This document shows, piece by piece, positions 12,308-26,010 of a stretch of DNA of 64,000 nt. The notes under the pieces were generated by a model. That model worked only from the letters and a program-made list of their open reading frames with translations. It searched no databases and was not told the DNA's origin. The position numbers and the translations under genes are program-made. This DNA is from Podospora anserina (Eukaryota), in the NCBI GenBank assembly GCA_017654855.1, contig CM030335.1, positions 434,001 to 498,000 on the forward strand, written 5' to 3'. Numbering within the stretch: position 1 is the stretch's first letter; each line of letters opens with the position of its first letter.

Positions 12308-13348
12308 TTTCAAGCTTCTACTTGAGCTGAGGATCTTGATGGGGCGGCGTTGTGTGTCCAAGAAAGGCAGTAGAAGAGAAGATCATGGTGGCATTTTATA
12401 CCTGCCAGTCAGGTACATTGTGGACTGAGGCATTCATGACAGAGAAGTTCGCCGAACAACTCTTGTGTATGGTGCGATGCCATCGCGATGTCCGATGCTT
12501 CGCTTCATCATGGTATCGAACGTGTTGGTTTCCCACCCAGCTCAATCTCCCAAGGCCGATTTATAGTGCCATGTCTCGGCTGATATATTGCAATGGTATT
12601 GACTAGACAGCCGAGTGTAGCGCTGAACATGTGTGCACTTTAGAGCCCGGAACCGTTACCAGTTGCACAGCAGCCAGCCAATGGAAGGCTTTTCCAGCCG
12701 AGACCCCGCATAAAGTCAACATACAGAAAGGGGATGCAGTTCGATCTTTTGTCTTGCTTTGGAACACAATGGCAGCGAGGTGGAATTCGCCGAATATTGG
12801 TTTGGCACCCCAGAAACAAAAGACGGTACGGCTGGATCTTGGGTGTCATTTTTACGTTTATAACCAGAGACTGGGTTTTGCTTTGTCACCAGTGACCAAG
12901 GGTACCCCTAGAAGTAGGTCGTCGCATATGTTAAGTCGTTTGAGAGGTCCGACTGAGTGATCATGACTTGAAACTACAAGACTTATCACGAGGCTCTCTC
13001 TAATGATAAACAATTCCGGAACCAAATAGGTGCTGTTCGCCCTCAATACTCTCACCCGGGATCCAACCAAACTTTGAGTGACTTAACACGATTGACCCCT
13101 GCATTTTCAGGCACACCAGGCACCAACCGCTGTGCCCCAATGCCTGCCTTGAGCAAAAGGGGCGGTTGCTAACAATATGCCACTACAGTTCAGCCGGGAG
13201 TTGTTAGTGCGAATCATGCCAAAATCAACACCGCTTACACAAGATCCACGCCGACGGAGAGGTGGAAGTCCATCAAGTAGATATTTAATACCGTAGCATG
13301 ACCGCTATAGATCAAGCAACGGCTTTGTGACAAGACATACATATCAGA

Positions 13349-15724
13349 ATGTTGGCACTGGAAAACTTCAAAACCGACACAATCGAGAATGTATTTCAGC
13401 GATGCATTCTCATCACTGGAACAACAGCTGCAGCTATTGATCACATCCTGCTCAAAGCCGAGTCTCGAAGGGGCATGCCTGACCAGCCGGCACAGCCATG
13501 GCCAGTTTCCAACGGCCACTTCAAGGCTTTAGCCCTCCTCACCCCTGGCCTCAATACCATCAGCGTCATCTCCGGAAACGACGGTGATGACAAGATCGAA
13601 CTCCGCATACGGTACCTCCCCTTGACCAAGACGCCACCGCTGCACCTGGCTATCCTGATAGCCAAAGACTCGCCTTTGTCCATTGACTGTCCTCCTGTCA
13701 AATTCGGCGCCTTGAGCAGCACCCACTCCAGCCTCGATGCCGCCATCGCCAAGTTCCGCGTCACAGCCCTGATGTGGCAGGCGCTCGTTCCAGAAGAGAT
13801 GCAAAAGGCAGATCCCGGCCGCCGCTCGTTTTGCTTGGAGGAGGAGAGGGGGGTGGATACGCTCACCCGAGATCAGGTCCGAAACTCTTTCACCTCACCC
13901 AAAGAGGCGATGGGCTTGGTCCCGCGTGTGCACCTTGTCCGTGCTAGCAGGACAGTGGCGGAAATTCGTGTTATGGATGGGCCACAACTGGAAGACGCGT
14001 TTGTCGAAGCCCTCAAGATCTGCGGCGGACCGTTCGTTGCCAGAAACAAACCTGTTGTTGCCGGCCTCATTCTAGATTCCCACTTTGACGCGAAGCGGAA
14101 ACGGGTCCTGGGGCATGCAGCAAGAGGGAGATACGACCCGGATGGTCTGTCGCTTGCCATGTTCGGAAGTCACCTCACGTACGCTTGGCCCAGGTTCATG
14201 GATGAGATCCCCGATTGCTTGCTGGATACCAAACCATCTGGCGATTCAGTAGACGGCCGGTCTTGCTCCCCCTTGTGGCAAACCTGCGCCGTGGGCCAGC
14301 GAGACTTTTTCTATCAAGTCCTGTCGGCATTTGGCGCCAAGACTGAACAGTCCAGGCGGGTGGATGATATCGCTGAGTGGCCCATGGCCTTCCTCGGGTC
14401 TTGTCATGGCCAAAAGCATGCCGGATGTCAACGTCTGTCGGATCGCGCCTGGGATGTTTCCGTCTACGGTCACCTCCGCGATCTGCTCTTCCTTCGCGCC
14501 TCCCGACCTCACTTCCGCGTCCCGGGCGATAAAGGCACCCTCTTTTGCCTTGACCCGCCTGTCATTGAGATATCTGGCACGTTTGAGAAAGCTGTTGTTA
14601 CGATTTCCTCCACCACGGGGATCAAGCACTTCAGCACGGAGCAGGGGCCATGGCCTTCGGCCTCGTTTGTAAAGTGTAGCCCTGGCCTGTGGAAAGCGGT
14701 GCTTGACAAGGAGTTTATTGCGAGAAGCGTGCACAAGACATGGGGCATAAAGGTTCTGGCGGGGAATGGGCTGGAGACAGAGGTGCAGAATATTTGGGCA
14801 CATTTACACCCCGCCACAGTTTTCACTCTCCCGGGGCGGAGGGGCATTACCATTGAGAAGATGAGTGTTGGTCCGCGGGGTGGTGCTCCTGTTTCGGGAT
14901 CAACAGGCTGGACGGCGATGTTGAAGAAGAAAGACTCGGATGGGAAGGTGGTGAGGGCTACAAAGTTGGCGCTGCATGTTGGTGATGCGCTTGACGGTGC
15001 CATGTTGTATTATTCTGACGGGACGTTCGTGACATGCGGGCAACCAGGGAAGATACCGGGCGGTCACCAAAGAAGGTGTATTGGTCTCAGAAAGGGAGTG
15101 GAGATCAAATGTGTAGCTGTGACAAGAATGGAGAGGAGCTGGTGGCCTTTAGTTGGGCTGAGGGTGTGGATGGGTGATGGGAGGGGGATGGGTGCGCTGA
15201 ACGCACGGCATCATGGAGGGAAGAATACCGAATTTCTTGTCCCGGGGAAGGGGAGGAGGATTGTTGGTTTTTTTGGACGGCATGGAGGGGTGGGGGGGTT
15301 GTGTAGTGAGTTTGGGATTATCACTGCGCCGGAGGGGGTGAGGTTGCCGGAGGAGGTGTATGATGAAACGAAGTGGGAGGTGGTAGATGGGGAGGAACAG
15401 GTGGGAGACGATAGGAAGAGGGAGGCTGAAAAGGAGGGTGAGGATGGAGGTCGTCGGGCAAAGAGAAGAAAGGTTGAGGTGAGTGAATCGTGTTTTGAGA
15501 TAGGCGTGAGTTGAATGATAACCTTTTTATGATGACAGGACTCGATGGTACTTGAAAGTAGCACGATGAAGCTGGATGACGGCCGGGATTCAAGCAGTGA
15601 CGAGGAAGGAGAGAATGACGTTGCGGATGATGCCGACTTTGGGTATGATGATTTCCGGACGTCCAATGCGTTCAAGGAGTTATATGAGGGCAAGGGCTAT
15701 GTAAGTACTAGTTGCAACATGTAA
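13349..15724 (+). CDS. YIL108W/Metallopep (PF12044-like) protein with a C-terminal jacalin-like domain; zinc site apparently lost
   Basis: WPV.NGHFKAL..L.PG.N, PPLHLAIL.AKDSPL..DCP, GHAA.G, L.MFGSHLTYAWP and a C-terminal IVGFFGR..FGIITAP. Probable intron 15479-15538 extends the ORF; the 3' end is uncertain. Confidence 0.8.
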
Positions 15725-15934
15725 GTCTAACTCCATGTAAAGCCGGTTAGCAGGATAAGGGAGGGGGATACGGTTTGATGAGGGCTTTGCAGGATTTGGA
15801 TCGGGCTACGTCGGGGAGGGGGCCGTTGGGGGGTGGACTAATGGGACTGTTGCTGCTGGCGGGGAGGAGTTGAGTGATGGCTTTTGTGGTGGTGGTGGTC
15901 TGAGTTTGCTTCAGGAAGATACCAGGAAACCTAA

Positions 15935-18441
15935 CTACCTAATCCAATACCGCATCCACATTCCTTGAGCCCTGCTCCGAAATTTCACAGCATTCCGTAG
16001 AGTCAGCAGTATTGCACTGCCCACCGTCATCACGGCACCAGCAGCTTTCCACCCTGCGGGCGCTGAGCCGGCGAGGTCAGGTAAGACCCAACCAAGCGTA
16101 AACAGCACCGGTGAAGGTAAAAGCGAGAAAATAGGCAGGACAGTAAAGAGAAGTGTCCCCCGCAAGCCGTTGTGGCGGACATCGGGATCCCCGAATTATG
16201 AACCCTAAAGAAACCCACACGCACACATGAAAGGTGACTGTGACACCGAAGACAGTCCAGGCAAATCCTTTCATCTAGCCCCAGTGAGCCCCGGGTCCAG
16301 ATAATCGGAATTGATACCACTGGCAGGGTGGCAAAAAGTACGAATGCTGCGCCGCGCTTGCCTTCTTTCTTATAGTGTATGCCGTCCTGCTTATAACGCA
16401 TATCATCAATCCATTGGAGCAGAAAGAGTCCGGGGCGGTAAAGTGGCTTCAAGATTGCTGTGAAGGCAGATTCATGGGCGTTAGCCTCGTTACCTCGATA
16501 CTGCGGGTAGAGTGTTATAACAGAACTGATCTACTTCTCTTTGATGTGGATCCACAGCCGACTGCTACACAACTAGCGAATAGTATATGCCGCAAGCATC
16601 ATGCTAAGAGCTGTTATGGCCCAACTATATAGAGGGACCCCTCCTTGGAACTCCTTTGAAGAGTAACATAATGATCAGCCTGGCATCACTTTTAAGTTTG
16701 AGAAAGAAGGTTGGAAGGCTACATATCAACATTTCCATCCCAAAAGCTGAAGTTGAAAAGCTCAAAGGAATGAAGAGAAAGGCAAGTTCCGTGAGTCTCC
16801 ACATTGCTTTTGCTTCGTGAAGCTGGAGTTGTCTTTCTGTGAGAGCGATTCGGGATTCAAATGTCGCTTGGGTTTTCACCATTTGTGTTCCAAAGGCGTT
16901 GGCAATTTGAAGCATTTGGCTGAGCTTTCTCGAGGAGGTAGATGATATTTTGGAGTTATCAGTCAAGTTGACCGAAAGCCCTCTGTAGAACTTGAACAGC
17001 CCATGTGGCGCAGTTGATGCTTGGCATAAGGGTACTGTGACTGATCTCCGCTGAAGTGTATCGATGCTCGCAAATGCCATTTCGAGTGTACGCAGAGTGT
17101 GGCGTAGAATAGGATCAATCACGCGCAAGTTTTCTAAGACGTGTTCCCAACTTCTGGACCGCAGGTTCTCCTCCACGCTCGCTGGGTTTCTCATTCCCTG
17201 TCTAATATTTTCTATTAGTATGTGGCTTCTTGATGCAACACAATTAATTCTTGTTGGAACAGCTCAAGTATCGACCAAATGACGAGCGGTGGCGAAAAGT
17301 CAACAGACGTGGCATCCTCATGATGCCGGCATATGGAATCCACATCTCGTCAAGGGACCAGTTGTCTTATGAATTACTGGATGCGATGCCGCCGTCAGCG
17401 GGACGTCTTGTGCTGACAAGTCTTTGTTCAAACACCTGTTCTGTATCCTGGCCTAGCAGTTTCCGCCAGGTCCGAGTCAAAGTGTACGCATCGATGAGGA
17501 TAATGACTGTTGGGTCGCAATAAGCAACTGGGACGTCAAATGGCTAGCTTCTGCTTTTCTTACCCGTCACTGTGGAAATATCCAGATCGGACCTGGATTC
17601 ATGAAAATATATCGATATGCACTGGTCAAGACCAGCAAGACCCCTGCCCTCGGACTCGGATGATGTTTCAGAACAGAATAATGACCTTAATCGACGAAGC
17701 GACCCCGAGGCATCGCACTGGATGCTTTGCAGATGGTTACCCTGTAGGGTTTGTGGCGTATCTTCCTTCTTCATCGATAGTTCACGTCTATCAATCATTC
17801 GCGGCCCCATAAATGAGACCATGGTAGATTGACCATGTCAAACAATATTGGATGACACCATCGAACAGTGAAGAAGGGTTTTGGTCGCTGCGATGTCCCT
17901 CAGAGCCACGTGTCGCTATCTGTGACGCGCAATGCTGTGCCCAAAACTCAGGATCAATGTTGTAGACTGACCCCACATCTCAACCACATCGAGCGACATC
18001 TGCTCCACCAACACAGCTCTGTCGGTCATGCCCGTGATATCCTGCAAACAGTTCTTCAGCTTAGCCTCTCCTGACAGTATTTGGTCCGGGGACTCCAACT
18101 CCCAATTTGTGAACATCCTGCATGGACCTCGTCGCAGGCTTTCTTCGAGCTCTGTCAGGTTGAATTGCTTGAGTTTAATAGAAGCTGGCTGATTGAATGT
18201 TGTTTGTGCTTTCCAACTGACTACCCCACCACGTGAGTAAGGATTGTCTAATCTTGGACCATCTGGGAAGCAAGGTGCATTTGAAGGGGTTTGGGTTGCG
18301 GCGCTTTGTTAAGTGCAAGAATGCGGTCAATATAGGATGTTTGGGCTGGGCTAGTATCATAGCACTGCTGATGAGCTTTCTGGTTATCAGTATGCTCAGG
18401 GCACACCTCGGTGCCATTGTCGGGTAGATGTGGTCAGACAT
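15935..18441 (-). pseudogene. Fragmented fungal CorA-like domain membrane protein gene
   Basis: Fragments GSVYNIDPEFWAQH (~17976) and LTELAFLFIPLSFSTSAFGM (~16800) plus downstream TM segments, spread over several frames with stops. Confidence 0.6.
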
Positions 18442-19959
18442 CGCATGTGCTAAGCTTTTCGATTAGGTACGGAAACTAGCAGGTTTCGTTGCGATAAACT
18501 TTGAGGAAGGTCGGGAACCTGAAGCCATTCGGGAAAGAAGAGGAAAGGTAGGTACGAGATGGTTGGAGAGATAAAGTTTCTATTAGGTAGGGGAAGACGG
18601 CCTCTGAAGAGTTTTCAGCTCTGGACACAGCGACTTCGATGGGTGCTTACACGACCAACGATCACCACTTAGGCCACGGGCCGTGCATAACCTCTGTTGC
18701 CGCATATCTAATAGTTCAGGCGTCGCACTTTTCGGAGAGGAATTGGCTAGGTGAACCGAGGAATCAATGGCAGGTGCCTTTCAAAACTGAGATGCATGTG
18801 ACGGTGTGAAATCTACTTCACTTGCTGTGTCATGACGCATAGCTGCGCACGCAGATCTCAGATTGTAGAGACCGTAGAGTACCTAGCTTATGTGAAACGG
18901 TTCACAAGACCTTGGAAGCCGGCCAGGCAATCTGGGCTTGGGTTTGGGACCTGGAAGTCCATTGCAAATGAACTGAAATTGCCTAAATCATGCTTTATTC
19001 AGTTTATCTTTTCAGGGACTGAGTGGCATGTCATGCCCGTTCGGCTAGACTCGCCATAAGGAACTCACGCTATCGATGCTTCATTTTTGTAAGCAGATTG
19101 CAGGTGTACAGAGTGAAAGGGCAACGATAAGACGCCAGATTCCCGTTGTCTTGATGACTTGACCAAAATATCAACAATTTAATACGAGTTAATTTGGAGC
19201 AAAAATAACTTCATCCAATGCTCTAGTGACATCGACTGAAGCTGATTACATGTAAGTGTCTGGTGAATGGAGGGGGGCGATGTAATCATCTCAGGAACGT
19301 TGGTGTGTTTGATACTTTACCGGAAGACATAGGGTGATGTAAACTAAAAATACTTCTTCGCGGTGGCTTAGCACCACGTAGGTAGGATATGGCTCATTTT
19401 CAGCCGGTTGATGATTCGGATATATACCCATGTATGCATTCTTACAACCATCGCAACTTTCGCGAGTGTTTGGACAGGTATTCCAGCGGGCTAGAGAACA
19501 AGGATGTACCCAGCGCTCAGACTACGGAAGGGCAGGCTCGGTGATAACGTTGGCTTTGCTTCGGCAGCAGGTAACAGTGCCACGTAATCAGGATACATAT
19601 ATTCACCGAGGACTGCCCTTAGTTGTCAAGCAGTTGGCTTACGAGAGGGATTCAGGTCTATGGCAATTTTATTTGTGCGGTATTTACCACTAGCGAGCTT
19701 ACTGTTGATGATCACGCTGGCTAAGAAGTGGGGAAAAGACCAAAGGAGAGGGGTGAATATCGCTGGAAGCATCACTCAAAGTCTTGGGTGATGGGACGGA
19801 AGGAAAGCTGAAGGCAGACAGAAAATCTATAAAGTCCACAGCACCTGCCCATGTGCAACACTCTCTTTCCTCTCCATCACACTCTCTGACACATCAACAT
19901 CGAAGACACTAATTAACTTAACTACAAAGAGCTCTCTTCACAAACAGCCTGTCTTCATC

Positions 19960-20578
19960 ACGCTCGCCAAATCCATCCTCCTCGCCCTCTTCAGCGCCAT
20001 CGCTGTCAACAGCTTCGTCGTCCCCGAAGGCACGGCCGACAGCCTCTACTACACAACCTACGACGAAGCCGGCAACAAGGTGCTCATCCCCATTATCGAT
20101 GCCTCCAGCGGCAACATCGCCCGCGATCTCGCCAATCTGAGCGACAGCTCCACCGCCCCCCGCTCTGAGCTTGAAGTCGCCCCGGCCAAGTCCGTCAAGC
20201 GCCAGAGGTCTGGCTGTGGCACCCGCTACAACCTCGCCCATGGCGACTGCGACCTCGCGTACGAGAGACTCAAGGATACCTGCGGCAATGGTATTGTTAT
20301 CGGTAGGAACAGTGCTATTTCTGCCGTTGCAGGCAGTGTCGTTTCGTACATGTGTACTTATAGCAACCGTGATGGTGTTTGATGAGTGATAATTATCTCG
20401 AGCGCTCATGATTGAGAAATGCTGACGAGGAATTTTAGCACCCGCGACGATATCGCCGTCGGTGCTGACGAGGTGACCAGGTTTGTGCGGCTGGTATGTC
20501 AGTGGGTATTGGCGGAAGGGGAACACCAACCTTGTGTATGGCCGCCAGCCGAGCGGTACTTGCTTTTGCCATTGCTAA
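19960..20578 (+). pseudogene. Small secreted Cys-rich protein pseudogene
   Basis: Signal peptide begins at ACG 19960, KR site present, donor ATGAGT at 20382 (instead of GTGAGT), intact branch/acceptor at 20438, and a +1 frameshift near 20483 before CGWYVSGYW...CFCHC*. Confidence 0.75.
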
Positions 20579-21733
20579 GCATGGATGGACTTTGGCGAGT
20601 TGTCGAGTTGGCGAGGGGAGGGCATCGGGAAGGGAGATGAGTAGACAGGGAAATTGGGAGCAAAGAATGAGACTGTGAATGAGCCCTCCATGCAGAAGGG
20701 TATTGTCAGCCACACGGGGCGTTGTTAGAGAATGATGGTATGGGTGTTGAGTTCAAGTCGAGCAACTTTCAACCAGGGCGGTCGCGGTCGCGGGCTATTA
20801 GGTGTTACATAACTTAGCAATAGACCCTCATGGCATCACAAAGCAGCATGTGTCTGCATACCTCAAGTACAGAAAGCCTTCTCTAGGGTCACTTCGGCCA
20901 GCCTGCTGTGTGTAAAGCCTGAGACATATCGCCTCGAGATCTGAACCCCTGAACCCCTAAACCCCTAAACCCCTGAGCCCTTGATTACGCAGGTACCAAA
21001 ACCGTTAGTTCCTACATTTTTGAGACCCACTGATGGCCCTTTCGTTCGCCACCTACTTTCCATCAGCCTTTCGAAGGCTTTTAGTCGTTTTTAAAATTAG
21101 AGTGGGACTCAGCTTGCCGCCAGGGCGTTTGATGAGGTTGAACGCAACCGCCTTGTATGACTTTCACCGAGCTATAAGTCAGGCTCCGAACATTTTCGGC
21201 CAGGCCTTATGGCGAGTGACCTGCTTTGCCAGTAGCTGTTTACAAGCACGCGCGCTTACTGAAGGTGGCGTTGCGTGCTGACAGATTTGCAGTTTTCTCT
21301 CCCAAAGCAGGCTACCAATCAGGTCAGATCTGTACTGTGGCTGCCGCAAACTTTCAACTGCAGTTGTGCCATGATGCGATAGGCACCTTAAATGACCGTG
21401 AGGCTAGGTTGGCGTGTCTCTGTTATTGGTTGTATCAGAGCGCTGGTCAGTCGCAGATATTGGAGTTGGGCCTTGGGGGCGACCACAGCGTCTATGTCGG
21501 CGATCAGGAAAGAATCAGGACAGGTGCTGACATCTTGCGGCCAGTGTAGATAGTAGCATGAAGAATTACCATGGACAGGTATAAAGGGACGGCCCCGAAT
21601 CACCTACCTACCTAGTAACTATCTTCTCAAACTCAGCCATCACACTCAGCAGTTTTCTCTCAACTCTACCAATAACCTCAACACTCCAACCGAGAAACAC
21701 GAATATCACAATCTTCAAAGTCAACCCAGCAAA

Positions 21734-22224
21734 ATGATTGCCATCAAGTCCATCCTTGCTCTCCTTGCCCTCGGCACTGCCTCTGTTCTTGCAGCTCCTG
21801 CTGCAAGCATCAAGTTCTCGCCTCGTCAGGGTAACGAGGTTTCCGTCTTTGCCTGTACCGAGGCACGCTTCACCGGAGAGTGTCGCATGATCCCGACACC
21901 GGCCGAACAGTGCTGTAAGTTAGGCTCACAAACTGAATATCAATTTTTATGGAGCTGACAGGGCCAAGTCAACATTGATCCGGCCTGGAACGACGTTATC
22001 AGCTCCATCCAGAATCTTGAGAGAGACAGGTTCAAGTGCAAGTGGTTTGAGTAAGTGGCTCTTGACAACCTAGAAGGGAATGTTTGCGTGTACTGACAAG
22101 TGAATCGAACAGGCACCAGAACTGCGAAGGAAAGGAGTACAAGAACCAGGATGATGCCGATTTGACGGATGGGAACGGCTTTTTCGATGATCGCATTACT
22201 TCTTGGTTTTGCGAGAGGAAGTGA
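21734..22224 (+). CDS. Secreted beta/gamma-crystallin-like protein, paralog A (exons 21734-21914, 21969-22050, 22113-22224)
   Basis: Signal peptide, canonical introns, WNDVISSI and DDRITSW Greek-key-type motifs, 6 Cys. Confidence 0.85.
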
Positions 22225-22809
22225 TGCCCGAGGGGAGAGATATCATGACTGATGGCTGGCCATCATGTGCTAGGTCGAGTGTCGACAATATGGGAGTTTC
22301 ATGTTTGGTTTTGTTATTATTGTGTAAGATTAGTACCTAGATACCTACACACGCTCGTTACATGTTTCTTTGTCTTGTAACCCGAATTTGTTTGCATGAA
22401 AAAGGACTTCAAAACATACAAGTCATCTATCCCGAAGTTGAGATTCTCTTGACCGGCTGGCTTCCGTTTGGGGGTAGGTAGCTCTCTGCCAACTTCATTG
22501 TGCTAATTGAAGGGCGGGGTCTCAGAAGCGTCCAACTCTTGGGACTACCTAGGTACCTACTCCCGTTACCTGTAATGGAGGTTCACAACACCAACCAAGT
22601 TGGTAACTTGTCACTTTGAAACCGGTGCTCCATCAGCTTAAAGATCCTTCATGCAACTTGAGTTTCCATGCACCAGCCCTGCGATAGGAAAACGTCGGGA
22701 GCCGTTGTCATGTCGGCTACGGGCTGTTGACGACCGCTATTGCCGACAGCCGGACCGCACCACATCCCTTTGCACCTCTTGTTTGCATCGGTGTTAACCA
22801 GCTATGTAG

Positions 22810-23030
22810 TGGCTCTTCGACTGGGTCGTCGGCTACGCAACCCCCTACCTCGTCAACTACGGACCAGGCCAATACGTCAACTTCCTGAGCAAGAATTTTT
22901 CGTTTGGTTAGCCGCCTGTTTTCTGTGTATCGCATTTGTTTACTTCTCTGTCTACGGGACAGAAGGTCTGTCATCGGAAGAGGTTGACGAGACGTACAGC
23001 CAGACTTCTCCAAACGTTTTTGCTTGGTGA
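22810..23030 (+). pseudogene. C-terminal remnant of an MFS sugar-porter (hexose transporter) gene
   Basis: Reads WLFDWVVGYATPYLVNYGPG../..FFVWLAACFLCIAFVYFSVYGTEGLSSEEVDE across a frameshift, a degenerate form of the sugar-porter ATPYLV...ETKGLSLEEVD end. Confidence 0.7.
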
Positions 23031-24621
23031 AGCAAAGGGTCAGTACAATCGGGGAGCAAGGGTGACGCGCTTTCCGGTTAGTCCGGGGGAAGGTCGACTC
23101 TCAGTAGTGGGGTGAGTGTCAGTGAGCAGAGTGTGGTGGCTCCGGCTGTGACTCGAGCTGCAGGTCCGCATGAACGAGGAACGGGGTTAGTGCCTGTGCA
23201 GAGATCGATTCGTTGGTCAGTGCCAGTGCTGGGGCCTGGGCAGATTAACACGAGAGACGCTGGAGAGACCGGGGAGGGCTGGAAGAATGGTGTTTATTGA
23301 GGAGTCTCACCATGAGTAAGGCGGATCTGGTGAAAGGGCAGGGGGCTCACGGATGATGCTACGATAATGTCACATGTGAATATATTGCAAAATTACCTTG
23401 CATAGAGCGAACGGCGTTGGATATGGCAAGTTTAAAGCCTTTGTTGATTTTCGGAGAAAACGATGATCTTTCAGGGGTATGAATAGGGGTACCCTAACCC
23501 TTGGCAGTCCCCTCTATCTAATGCTTTTAGGCCAAGAAACGTGTGGTTGCAGCCATCAGCCTCCAATTTTTTGATTGCATGGGAATCTTCGATAGGATAC
23601 TATATACCCAAAAGATTGATTAAGGGGCGTATTAATCACGCAATACGGGAACCGGTAGGTCGGGTCTGCTCGATCCGCGCTTGTCTATCTCCATGAGCCG
23701 CTCCCACCACACTAAAAGATGGTGCAGATGTCTTGGATGGTATCAGTGCATCAAAGTATCAGATTATGCTGTTTCGTCCACGACCATCGCATACCCTTCC
23801 CATTGTCTTTTAACCTTATCTAGCTGAAGTCAGACCTGCGCCCCTGATGGCAAGAGATGAGGTAGAACACGAGAATCCATTCGAGAACCTTCTCAGCGCT
23901 CAGGCTTCGGGTCAATGCGATTCGAGAGACAAAAACTCCGATTCGTGCTGTTAGACGGATGTCAGGTGCCATCTTGCCGAACAGCACCGGCGGCCCAGGT
24001 AATAACAAGGCCGATCAGCACACCCGAATCTGATTTCCCCAAGAGCACAAGCCCGGGACAAGATGCCCAACGGGGCGCTTCCCCGCATTCCAGCTTGGGG
24101 AAGTTCGGTCGACTACGATCCGGGGTTACATTCTGGGCTTCTTTCGGCTGCGCAGCCCTGGGCCGCTCTTGGCAAGACGCTGTATCGATCGGCTACAACC
24201 CTGGCCCACCCTATGGTTCTTGCTGCAAGGCACGACCGTTTGCTCTCAGGCACGAATAGAGTTGCCGGCTTGGACTGTCAACCAGGCCAAGTTCGCGGCC
24301 GGAAGCCCGGGGCCGTCGCTCCGGTTATTTTCTTGTCCCGTGTCGCCCCCGGCTCGGTTCGAAATAGCGGCGGCAATTCTTTATGGGAAATCTCCACAAT
24401 GCGGAGGAGGACCAGAAGGTGATCATGACGGTGAGGTCAGAAGGGGACATGGATGGAGCCTACCCTCCGAGCCGAAGGCAAAGTGACAGTAGCACCAAGC
24501 ATTGGCAGCAACCACCAGAGGAATGCATACTTAACCGACGCGATCCCTCTCTTCGGTTCCCTTCCCCTCTCCTTTGTCGTCACGGTTCCTCACTACTCCA
24601 GTGTCATCACCAACCGCCACC

Positions 24622-26010
24622 ATGTCCTCCCTCGCCACTCTTCTCACGGCCGGTCTCACCCTCAGCGGGTTGGCTGTTGCCCAAAAGCCCGGTCCCACCA
24701 AGGAGGTGCACCCCAAGATCACCACCTACCGCTGCAGCAAGAAGCACGGCTGCAAGCCCCAGACCAACTACATCGTCCTCGACTCGCTTGCTCACCCCGT
24801 CTACCAGGCTGCTGCTCCTCAGTATGGCTGCGGTGACTGGGGCCAGAAGCCCAACGCCACCGCCTGCCCTACCAAGGAGGCCTGCGCGAAAAACTGCATC
24901 ATGGACGGTGTCTCCGACTACTCGGCCTACGGTGTCACGACCAATGAGACGGCCCTGACTCTCGAGCACATTCTCCCCAACGGAAAGTTTGTCAGCCCAA
25001 GAGTCTACCTTTTGGACAAGACCAAGCAGAAGTATGAGATGCTCAAGCTCACCGGCAACGAGTTCACCTTCGACGTCGACGCCACCCGCCTTCCTTGCGG
25101 CATGAACTCTGCTCTGTACCTGAGCGAGATGCCCGCCGATGGCAACAAGAGCAAGCTCAACAAGGGCGGTGCTTACTACGGCACTGGTTACTGCGACGCT
25201 CAGTGCTTTACCACCCCCTTCATTGGTGGTGAGGTATGTTGATTTCCATGTTATCATTTGGTTTTCATCGTAGGGAGGTTTACTAACGCGATTGCGGCGA
25301 AATAGGGCAACATCGAAGGCAAGGGCTCCTGCTGCAACGAGATGGACATTTGGGAGGCCAACTCCCGCGCCACCCACGTCGCGCCCCACACGTGCAACAA
25401 GCCCGGCCTCTACCTCTGCGAAGGCGAGGAGTGCGGCGGCACCAAGGCCGGTGTCTGCGACAAGCCCGGCTGCGGGTGGAACCCCTACCGCGTCAACGTG
25501 ACCGACTACTACGGCAACTCGGACGAGTTCAAGGTCGACACCCGCCGCCCTTTCACCGTCATCACCCAGTTCCCCGCCGACAAGAACGGCAAGCTCACCT
25601 CCATCAAGAGGTTCTATCAGCAAGATGGCAAGACCATTGAGACCTACTCGGTTGACGTCGATGGTCTCCCCAAGGTCGACGGTTTGAACGACGAGTTCTG
25701 CGCCGCTACTGGTGCCGAGAGGTTCCTCGAGCTGGGCGCCCACAAGGGCATGGGCGAGGCGATGACGAGGGGTATGGTTCTTGCTATGAGCATCTGGTGG
25801 GACGAGGGCGGCTTCATGAACTGGCTCGACAGCGGCGAGGCTGGGCCGTGCGCACCTACTGATGGTGACCCGAAGAATATTGTCAAGGTTGAGCCCTTCC
25901 CCGTTGTCACTTATGACAACATGAGGTGGGGTGAGATTGGCTCTACATTCAAGGTTGAGAAGGAAGGCAAGGGCAAGGGCAAGGGCAAGCACAGACGCTC
26001 GATTCAGTAG
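24622..26010 (+). CDS. GH7 endoglucanase (endoglucanase I type, no CBM1); intron 25234-25305
   Basis: Signal peptide, SPRVYL, LPCGMNSALY, GTGYCDAQC, catalytic EMDIWE, GMVLAMSIW, MNWLDS. Confidence 0.95.

Noticed and set aside
20941-20980. aacccct(g/a) tandem repeat as an interstitial telomere
   Set aside because: 8-bp unit rather than TAACCC, only ~4-5 copies; simple minisatellite.
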